NCBI GenBank assembly: GCA_037447605.1
Contig: CM074822.1
Span: forward strand, 19,292 to 83,291
DNA: 64,000 nt
Source: Zygnema circumcarinatum SAG 698-1b
Lineage: Eukaryota; Plantae; Zygnematophyceae
Direction: 5' to 3'
This document shows positions 31,977 to 55,178 of this stretch, piece after piece. Positions within the stretch are counted from its first letter, which is position 1. Each line of letters begins with the position of its first letter. The position numbers were made by a program, and so were the translations under genes. Below the pieces are notes generated by a model. That model had not been told where the DNA came from. It did no database searches and saw only the letters and a program-made list of their open reading frames with translations.

Positions 31977-34900
31977 TCAATGTCTGCTATGTCTCAACAA
32001 TGTGATCTCCTCCCCGTCCCCGTCCCCGTCCCCGTCCCCGTCCCCGTCCCCGTCCCCGTCCCCGTCCCCGTCCTCCCCTCCGTCGGCTCCGAGCCCTCCC
32101 CCGCGGCTGCCGCCGTCACGGGGCGGCTGCCGCCTCCAGAGGGCGGCCGTGGGGGAGCCGGGGACCGACCCGACCTCGCTCCCGGTCCCCGTCCCGGTCC
32201 CGGTCCCCGTCCTGGTCCCCGTCCCGGTCCCCGGCGGCCAGGGCCAGGGACCGGCCTCCTCCGCGATGGAGCTGGCGGCGGGCGAAGAGGAGGAGGAGGG
32301 GTCCTCCGCCAGCTCCATGGCTTTGCTCGAGTCGTCCACCCAGTTCTGTATTCTTGCGCGTTCCCTATCGGCGGGGTATGTCCAGTACATGCCGGTTATC
32401 AAAGTCACGCAGACTAGAAAGGGGACGGCTATTGTCAAGTACAGTCCCTTTGCAAGGGAGTACGCATCGTCCAAATCTTTAGGGCTTGGCTGCCCTGCTG
32501 CATCACTCCCTTCAGCGTCTGCAGACTGCGAGAATCCGTAGAGCTTTACTGCCAGGAAGCCCACAAGAGGGGAGCCTACTGCTGCCACCGACTTCTCCAG
32601 CGCCATGTCGAAGGCATAAATGGCGGTCCGAAGGCGGGCCGGCACTATCTGTCCCACCCAGCATGCACACAAAGGGGCAAAGTAGGTCCTCGGCACTGAG
32701 AAATTCCATCGACAGAACGAAGAAATGAAAGCACACGAGGAACAGAAAGCTGCTGCGCTCAGCCACTCCGAAAGAAACAACTACCCACCAGATTCAGCTA
32801 CACCACTATCACAGTCACTCCAACTAAAAACTCATTCACGACTTCGTTCATTGCAGGAATGCCCTTGGTCTCACCTCAGCAAAGATGGGCCAATTGCAGG
32901 CTGGCGAATTCCAGGAAATGAGAAAGCCCATAACGAAGAAAACGGCCGCGAAAGCGGCAGGCCAACGGCCGCCATAGGGCAGCCCGAGGAGCAGCACCGC
33001 CGAGAGGGGAATGGCCGAACCCGCGCTCACTTGCGCGCAGAGAATGCGACCCACATTGGGATGGCGGAGAGCCGCCCAGTCGCCCAGCCACCCCCCGAAC
33101 ACGGACCCGCACATGTTGCCCACAGCAAGCAGGGCAACCTGTCACCCACCCTCTGCCAGCTATCAGCAGGCAGCAAGGCCCTCCCTCCCTCCATCCCTCA
33201 CAGGACCTTCCTTTCCCTCCATCTCTCACAGCCCTCACAGGGACCTTCCTCTCCCTCCATCCCTCACAGCCCTCACAGGGACCTTCCTCTCCCTCCATCC
33301 CTCACAGCCCTCACAGGGACCTTCCTCTCCCTCCATCCCTCACCTTCCTCTCCCTCCATCCCTCACAGCCCTCACAGGGACCTTCCTCTCCCTCCATCCC
33401 TCACAGCCCTCACAGGGACCTTCCTCTCCCTCCATCCCTCACAGCCCTCACAGGGACCTTCCTCTCCCTCCATCCCTCCACAGGGACCTTCCTCTCCCTC
33501 CATCCCTCACAGCCCTCACAGGGACCTTCCTCTCCCTCCATCCCTCACAGCCCTCACAGGGACCTTCCTCTCCCTCCATCCCTCACAGGGACCTTCCTCT
33601 CCCTCCATCCCTCACAGCCCTCACAGGGACCTTCCTCTCCCTCCATCCCTCACAGCCCTCACAGGGACCTCTCCCTCCATCCCTCACAGCCCTCACAGGG
33701 ACCTTCCTCTCCCTCCATCCCTCACAGCCCTCACAGGGACCTTCCTCTCCCTCCATCCCTCACAGCCCTCACAGGGACCTTCCTCTCCCTCCATCCCTCA
33801 CAGCCCTCACAGGGACCTTCCTCTCCCTCCATCCCTCACAGCCCTCACAGGGACCTTCCTCTCCCTCCATCCCTCACAGCCCTCACAGGGACCTTCCTCT
33901 CCCTCCATCCCTCACAGCCCTCACAGGGACCTTCCTCTCCCTCCATCACTCACAGCCCTCACAGGGACCTTCCTCTCCCTCCATCCCTCACAGCCCTTAC
34001 AGGGACCTTCCTCTCCCTCCATCCCTGACAGCCCTCACAGGGACCTTCCTCTCACACTGGTAAATCGTCGTCCGCAACACATGACCTCCGACGCAACGAC
34101 AAGAGCAAAAAACACCACCAACAATGTGCTGTTTGCTTCCCTTAAGGCCACACAGACCTTACACGCCTAAAAAACTCCTGCGTTTGCTAATGGGGGGAGA
34201 TTCCAGATACATTCCCTCCGAGCCAAAGAGTGTCACCACCCTCATCTCCGGCAGTGACTTCTGCTGAAGCGGCGCAGATAAACATACCAGCAGGGCCGCC
34301 ATTGCGTGGGAGAAGCCCGTGAGCTCGAGCCATAGCGTGAAGAAGAGCATGGCGTTCCATGGCAGCTGCCCCGCCACGCCCTGTGCGACCACCACCTGGA
34401 ATGTGCGCACACCCAGCACGTGTCTGGCGTCTTCCAGGAGCTCTCTCAGCTCCCGAACAATGGAGGAGCCCTCATCCTTGCTTCTGAGCAGGACAGGATA
34501 GATAACATGAAACACGGTTAATACAAGGCTCAATGTCAGTCTAGCCGTATTCTCAATTTGGGGGTTTTGTCATCACGTTTGTATTCGTTACGAGATGACG
34601 ATATCTCTCCTGACTTCCTGATCCCCTAAATACTGTTCAAAAACGAGTTTGAAAGGCAGGTTCAATGCCGTATGTTCTTTCATTCATGCCAAACCCGGCA
34701 AACTCCTTGCGAAGCTGATTCGCTCTGTAGGCGAGTTCCAAACGTCATGCCTGCTAATGCTAAATGACCTCACGTCCACTCTTCTGATAATCAGCCTCAA
34801 ACAAGAATGATACCCCACTCCACTTTCTGAAGCTAAGGACCACAACGCAGAAGTTTATTATGTTCATCAATCCGATCCCTTCAACGTCCCAGAGCTGCCC

Positions 34901-36039
34901 TGGAGAGCAATTGAAACAAACCAACTGCTGACTGCATGTGTCCATCTGCCTGCGTGGGCGCACCTCACCTCCTTTGCTGCAGTGTGGGCGGGCAGGGGTC
35001 GCGCGCAAAGTGGCAGAGCGCCGCCGCCAAGACCGCGCTGGCGAGGCCCACCGCGAGGAAGGCCGCCTGCCAGCCCGCGAGGCCGAGCAGCCGCCGCGGG
35101 GCGAGCACGGTCGCCAGGGCGCCGCCGGCAATGGACCCGACCTGCCCCGCCGCGTGCAGCCACCCAAAGGCGGCGCCCCTCTGCTCCTCCGAGTGGAAAT
35201 CCGCCACCAACGACTGAATCGCGGGACCAACTACGGCGAGGCCCACGCCGTTGGCTGCTCGAGCAACTGCCACCTGAACCAGCAATGCCAAATCTCGATG
35301 GCTGTGTTAGCAATGGTCTACGCAAAGGGGCGGTGCTGGAATGTGCCGGAATCGAGCACAGACTGTCAATCACTTGTGGACGCGATGGAAATTTGTCAAG
35401 AGGTGAGCGCAGATGTTCCATATTAACGCAAGGTTCTATCATTCCTGGTTTATTTCTGGAAAAATGTACCGATGAGCGCGTGAGCTAACTCAGGGCATGC
35501 AACATGGCACAATTAAAGGTAGCACGGTGAAGAAATTTGGAGAAAGCCTCCACATTTCAGGATTGGGTGTCAATGAGCTGAAACGAGGTCCTCAGACACT
35601 TGACGTTGCAATTCACCCAGAGAACAACAAGAGCAGTCTGCATTCGGAAGCAGAGCGCTTCAAGTTGGAGGAGTCACTCTGCATGCCGCGAGTGCAATGA
35701 TCCTCCCTGGTGGAGGATGCAGGTCGTGGGAAAGCAGCAATGTGGGGCGTTGCTCACTAGCCAGTAGGAGTGAGCGAACGCAGTGGCAACCGTGGCAGCG
35801 GCCCAGGCGGCTGCGCCGGCGGCGACGAGGTGCGGGCGGCTGTAGCGCGCGGCGAGCAGCGCGGCGAGGGGCGAGGCGGCGGCCTGCACGGCCGCGCGCG
35901 CGAAGGAGAGCGCGCCCAGGCCCATCGGCGTGGCGCCCAGCTCCCGCCCGAGCTCCGCGTACACCGCCGGCACCAGCGCCTCGTCCGCGCGCTCCAGCGC
36001 CGCCGCCGCGCTCACCAACGCCACCGTCACCGCCGCCAT
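31977..36039 (-). CDS. Spinster-like major facilitator superfamily transporter, 5 exons
   Basis: LERADEALVPAVYAELG, RAANGVGLAVVGPAIQSLVADFH...RGAAFGWL, FQVVVAQGVAGQLPW, GGWLGD...GRILCAQVSAG, ISWNSPACNWPIFAEIVP, YAFDMALE, SLAKGLY. Confidence 0.9.
33185..34052. repeat. 38-bp minisatellite (with 29-bp deletion variants), about 22-24 copies, inside an MFS intron
   Basis: Unit CACAGGGACCTTCCTCTCCCTCCATCCCTCACAGCCCT. Confidence 0.95.
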
Positions 36040-36312
36040 GGCCGCCTCCTCCACCTCCTCCTCCCCCTCCCCCTCTCTGCCTCGCCCCGCGGAAGCCTGC
36101 CCCCGCCCCCGCCCGGTCGTGGGCGCCTTCTTCGTTCCCTCCCTCGGACTCGGAGAGGTCCCTCCCCGACCCGTACGGCCACGTCTGTACGGAACATAGT
36201 GTGTACGGCTGCCGTACCGTGGCCGTGTCGCCTGCCTGCCTGCCTGTCTGCGCCCTCGGCCGCCTCTTCCTGCTGCTGCTGCTGCTGCTGCTACTGCTTC
36301 TGCCGCGCCGCC

Positions 36313-41558
<5,246 letters not shown>

Positions 41559-41909
41559 GTCTTGCAATATGTCCGTGTTCAAAATGCTGAGAACTACACA
41601 ATTCTGATGAGGAAAGTCATAAAATTTACTCAGCCACTGGTACCGATGTTGGGGGATGCTTCACTGCCGCACTTGCCGAGTGTGCAACTGCGAAGGAGAC
41701 AGTCACGTGCTGTCAGGAATGCGTAATTTTTACTGCACTCGAAAACGGTTGAGCACGATGAGCATGGTTCGTTTCTGGTGCGGTGACCTCTGCGGAGCCC
41801 TCTCCAGCATCGACAACGAATTCTACTGGTCAAGACAAAAAAAAAATTACAACTAGTCACACCGTTCACCTAGATTTCGCTGAGGACGAGCAGCGGACGG
41901 CGACAAAAT

Positions 41910-42102
41910 GGTGCCCGCCCGCCCGCCCGCCCGCCCGCCCGCCGGCCACCGGCCACCGGTCGGTCGTTCCAGTCAGCAGTCACGACAGAGCCACGTGGCG
42001 GCCAGCCCGCCCGCCCGCCCGCCGCCCGCCGCCCGCCCGCCCGCCGGCCACCGGTCGGTCGTTCCAGTCAGCAGTCACGCGAGTGCCACGTGGCGGCCAG
42101 CG
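41910..42102 (+). promoter_or_regulatory. Duplicated ~95-bp promoter module, each copy with a perfect G-box GCCACGTGGC
   Basis: (GCCC)n-GGCCACCGGTCGGTCGTTCCAGTCAGCAGTCACG...GCCACGTGGCGGCCAG occurs twice, with G-boxes at 41990-41999 and 42085-42094, upstream of the ATG at 42427. Confidence 0.7.
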
Positions 42103-42426
42103 CCCGCGCGCGGCCAAATTTCGAGCGGTGCAGTAGTCGTACCCAGCGTACTTCTCCGCCGTCGGATGCGCCACGTAGACCCTCACACCCGTTCCCGCCG
42201 TCAGATGCGACACGAGGCCGCTCAACTGCCCGCCCTCGCCCGCTCAATGGGCGAGGCGCTCCACCTTTCCCGGCGCGTCCGCCAGTGGGAGGGCGCCACG
42301 TGTTCATGATGGCGAGTGGCAACGGGCCGATGCGGACGCGCGCTCGGCCGCTCCGCCGCGGCGCGCGTACAAAGTGGGAGAGAAAGGGCTACCGGCGGTG
42401 ACTGACTGACTGCCCGACTGCCCGCC

Positions 42427-45347
42427 ATGGCGACATCCCTCCCCCTGCTGCTGCTCGGCGCGGCCATGGCGCTCCTGCTCCGCACCCTCCCTGCGGCCGC
42501 CGTCCTTCGGGGCTCAAGTAGGATGCTTGCACAAGTGCATGCGACGTGCCCGCAAACCGCGCTCAGTCTGTGCAGCTTCTACTTCGAAGGGTACGAGGCG
42601 GCGCCCCCCGTGATCGGGCTGGACGGTGCGCCGGACCGCGCTGTGAGTCCCGCCCTGTTGGCAAAAGACGCGAGCACGGGGAAGAGCGTGCCGGTAGTGG
42701 TGGGCAGCACAGGCGAAGCGACGTCCCTGTGCGGCTCCAACATCACCTTCTCGGGGCAGTTCTACATAACGGGACAGCCGTCACGCCTTCACGTCCGCAC
42801 CTTCAACAAGGTAACTGCTGCTCACGGCCCTCTCCGCATAGAAGCCTTTCCCATGCCTGTTTGCGGAAGCCGCTGAGCTTGAATGGACCTTCGGCGGCTT
42901 GCAGGGTCCGCGGGCGGCCTTTGCGAACTTGTGCGTTGTGCTGCCACTCCGAACAGTGCGCGCGGGCGCGCTCGAGCTCCGCCCCGGAGACGCGCATCAA
43001 AAAGAGTACCCTGAGATGCGCCGCTGCGTCCTCTTCTCTACCGGCCCCTCCTCCGCCTGCACACTCCCCTCGTCCTCTCCCTCTCCCCCTCCCTCTCCCT
43101 CTCCCCCTCCCCCTCCCCCCAGGTTCAGCCTCCCCGATCGCCTGCCCTTCTCCCCCCTTGTGTTCAAGCCGTACGGCGCGTTCTTTATATTTGGTGACGG
43201 TGCGGTTGACATTGGAAACAACAACGCTATAAGCGGAAGCCCGTTCAAGGCGAATTACCTGCCATACGGCATCGACTACATGCCTGCCAACGGCCGCTTC
43301 TCGAACGGAAAGATCTCCTTCGACTACAGCGGTGCGCGAAATAATGATTGTTGATGCTCTACTGCTATCGAGATTCATTGTTAGATTTTTTAATATTGGT
43401 GTTTTTCTGCCACCGCTTCCGCACCCTTGCCTGCCTCTGCGGTTGGCCCCGTTTCACTTTTGTAGTTGCTGAGGACTAACCGTTTCTTCTTGCTCCGTGG
43501 CTTCTTGTAACAGTGGAATTCTTAGGACTCGCTCCCGTGCCCAAGTACGCAGATTTCAATGCGGCTACTTCATCGGACTTCTTTTCAGCAGGGGTCAATT
43601 TTACCTCGTTTGGGTTAGGGTTCGTGAAGGCAGGAATCAATTTTGCCTCAGCGGGGTCAGGGATACTCTCAGAGACAAACTGCATGGCGGTAAGATCGCA
43701 CACCCCTTTTTGTTCCGGTCTACTTTCAGACATGTGATAGTAAAGAGTAGAGCCCCTGACGTTTGCTTATGTTTGAATAATCGCATTTTAACGTGCAGAA
43801 CACACTTTGCCATTCACTCAGCTTCCAAGTTAGCCAGTTCCTGGCTGCGAGTTCGAACTACACTGCGGAGGTGAGTATCGATTGCATTCTCGTTTCAAAG
43901 CATGGTCAATACTTACTCTTATTTTAGAAAGTGCGTTGACATGCTCTTCGTGACTCGTTCCCGGCATGGTTTCTTTGTAAATCGAGATGTGTGGTGTCGC
44001 ACGGCATACGGAAGTCAGTGTCAGCTGAAAACTGCTGTCACCGAATGCACCGCCATGGGACGCATGGAGTGGGGGGGTGTAGGAGAGAGCGACGAGTCTG
44101 TTCGTCATCTCGTCGGGAGGAATGGACTATTCCGTATATTTGGCGAACCCGTCAGGAGTCAATGCTACGGAACTCATTGGTAGGGTGATCGGTGGACTCG
44201 CTGAGATATTGCAGGTGAGAGTAAGCATAGTCTGGCACAGGATTCAGGAAATGGCCAGTCAGATCATCAGTCTGTCAGATATTCGGGGTATTCATCGGAT
44301 GGAGGAGTGAATTTTGCTGCTCGTCACTTAGCGCACATGCCCGATCATGCTTCTATCATACTAAGGGCTGTTTTTATCTTCCAATCTGAAGATCGCAAAT
44401 CTTAATAAGCCATCTCACCAACAGTGCGAACGAGCTAAGTGAGCAGATCATGTAAAAGTAATTTAGAACTTGTGTTTCAGCCATGGAATCAAGAATCAAT
44501 CACATGCTCTCTTACGTTCTGTCTTATTCCCAGAATGTTGGCACCTCACTACCAGCCGGGTAGAGCCTCCTCGCCTCCGTGTTTAAGTTGAAAATCTTGA
44601 ACACTAAATCGCTGCTCTGTGATTAATCGGTTGAAATTTTGTTCCCCTTCGTTTGACAGACTCTGTACACCGCCGGCGCCCGCAAGTTCCTTCTCAGTGA
44701 GCTCGCTGACTTCGGTTGCACGCCTTCATTCCTCGCCTCTGTCAATGCGGCGGAGTCGACCCCTCGGTGTTCCCCCCTCGCCACTCCCCTTGTCACGGCG
44801 CACAATGCAGCCCTGACACGCCTTCTGGCCGCCCTCCAAGCACGGCTCGCAGGAGCATACTTCACACGCATCCGAACCCAACAATACATTTACAACATCA
44901 CCTCAAATCCTGGCAGCATCGGTAAGTGCCATCACTCCTGTCGCAATCCTGCATGCCCGCATAAACACCACATTATCACATCCCAAAAATCATCGAATCG
45001 TCCCATTTCACTTCCTCCATCCGGCTTTGTCCAATTCACTCCCACGAACAAGCTGCGGAGACTCCCAATCTGTCCCTTGCATCCTCCAAGTACAGCCCCT
45101 ATTCACAGCGGTGCCCTTTGCAGGCCTCTCCAATGGCTTTGAGGCGTGTTGTGGAGGCGGCCGTTTTGGCGCGGAGGTGAAGTGCCGCTATCCGGGCGCG
45201 ACGGTGTGCGTGGACCGCGAGGCCTTCGTGTGGTGGGACGGCGCGCAGGTCTCGCAGGCCGTCCACCGCGACATCTCGCTGCGGCTGCTCGCGGGGGACG
45301 AGAGCTTCGTGCAGCCCTACACCATCCCCGCCATGGCGCTCCTTTAG
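42427..45347 (+). CDS. Secreted GDSL/SGNH-fold protein with extra N-terminal Cys-containing domain and Pro-rich linker; catalytic residues substituted
   Basis: Exons resolved: 42427-42810, 42905-43331, from 43514, about 43799-43870, about 44082-44214, about 44661-44921, about 45124-45347. Plant GDSL motifs are FIFGDG.VDIGNNN, PYGIDY...GRFSNG, GINFASAGSG, SLFVISSGGMDY, LYTAGARKF...FGCTP, ACCGGG and VWWDG. Confidence 0.9.
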
Positions 45348-46892
45348 GGTTTCTCCGCGAAGCCCTTCTCGTCACTGCGGCTGTGGCTCGTCCTGGAAGG
45401 GGCTCGAGGGAGGTTTAGGAAGGACCAGGCGTTGTTGTCTGCTGAGGTATCTGTTGAATGTAGAGGTTTTGAAGGGAGCCTACTGCTGTAAGCTTGCCTG
45501 TTGTAGTGCGGGAATAGGTCGTGGTCAAGCGGAAACACATTCTGTATTTTAACTGTGCCACTGGTGACGGAATGAATGACGATGTGGTTTTTGTGAGCAT
45601 GCCTTCATGCTCGAGTGCAAAGTTGTTGTGCGTTGTGAAAGTGTCCGCATACAATACCAATACTTTACATTGTTAAAAATCCGTCTTTTTGGTGCATTTC
45701 TCTGCGATGGTGTGGTGCGGTAACACAATTCTGGAATGGAAGTCGGTATTTTTGCTGTATCATATTCAGAATGTATTTTCATTTTTCCCTAGTTCAACTT
45801 AAAGCACAGGTACGGTGGACGCATTCGGAAGAACCCCTCAGACCTTGAAAGCCAAGCTACATGGGACTCCTTTGGCAGGCGAGATATTTAGTTAAGTGTT
45901 ACACTGGAAATTTCCCGTTGCTCTCAAGTCATTTCGTACTTACCGTATAAAAAAAGTTTGCCTGTTTTGTGCATTTGGTACCCGCCTTTCCTAGTTCACG
46001 AAGCTTAACCCTCCACATTCCAGAATTAACTAGTCTGAATGTTTTAGGATCACTACAATCCAATCTAAGATACATTTTGCCTACATCCCTTCGATTCCTA
46101 ACGCACGTTGTGCTGAGTAGGCGGGAGGGCCCCTCTGCGGCGCAGACGTCAGCTGCATTGTAGAAAGATAGGAAGATGCTCTTGTTTGTAGCCCAATAGG
46201 ACAGTGGTGTACAACAATGAATCTTAATCACCAACCAAATCGCCAACTCGTGGCAGACCACGATCCTCACTTTCTACGTTGAGCACACTTTCGTGCATCG
46301 TGGAGGATAGATAGTGGCTGACAATGGCATCAGCGGCCTGCCCCCTTACCCCATAATCCGACACCATCGCTCCCTCAGGGCACTCATCTCGCGCAGTCCG
46401 AGCATCCTGCGAGCATCCTTAAAGAACCCAACATCAAATTTTGGTCGATTCACAAAAGATGCTGCTTGTACGCAATGTGGCTCCTTCTTGGTGGCTCTGG
46501 CGGCTTAAAGCGCCAACCCTCCGGCCTTCATCCACGGTCCAACCGAGTGCCGCATGCGAACTGTTGAAGTTTCGAAATTGAAAAACTTCGATTGGAGGTT
46601 TCCACACTATCTGCCTTAGTTTGAAACTCCGGAGTTTCAACAGAACACACGTCGTAGCAGGGAGACGCAGCCTAAGGATGACCGATGTCTTGCAAATGAG
46701 ACCATGCAGAGTGAACTCTCCTTCGAATCAGAAAAAGTTTGCCTGATAGCCCGCAGGGGACGAATACTTGATTTATAATTTTCCAAAGTTATAATCTTCA
46801 GCGACATCTTTTTTGCACTGTCACGTTACCTCAGGCGACCTTCAGATTTGAGATGGAAGGAGGAGGTGACGAGCAATGCAGAGCCGTCACGA

Positions 46893-54792
<7,900 letters not shown>

Positions 54793-55178
54793 CGCCTCGC
54801 TCCGGCCCTTCCCCTTCCCTTCCCTTCCCTTCCCTTCCCTTCCCTTCCCTTCCCTTCCCTTCCCTCCCCTACTCCCCCGTCCGCAGCAGCAGCAGCAGCA
54901 GCAGCGAGAAGGGAGCGAGTGAGCAAGCGACTGTGGCCGAGGCGAAAGTGAACCCAACAACAACCGAACCGTGACCGGACCATGCATGCATGCCATGCGC
55001 CGCACAGGACCATGGCCATGGCCATGGTGATCGGAGCGATGGTGACCGGACCAATTTGCCATGCCATGCCATGCCATGCCATGGGCCGTACGGAACGCGC
55101 GTGGTGTGGCGCGGGGGCGGCGGTAGGTGTTTGGAAGCAGCGGAGCGGAGGGCGGAGCGAAGGGCGGAGCGCGCAGCC

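Noticed and set aside
32725-34170. 481-aa and 350-aa repetitive ORFs
   Set aside because: They are read through the 38-bp minisatellite on the strand opposite the MFS gene.
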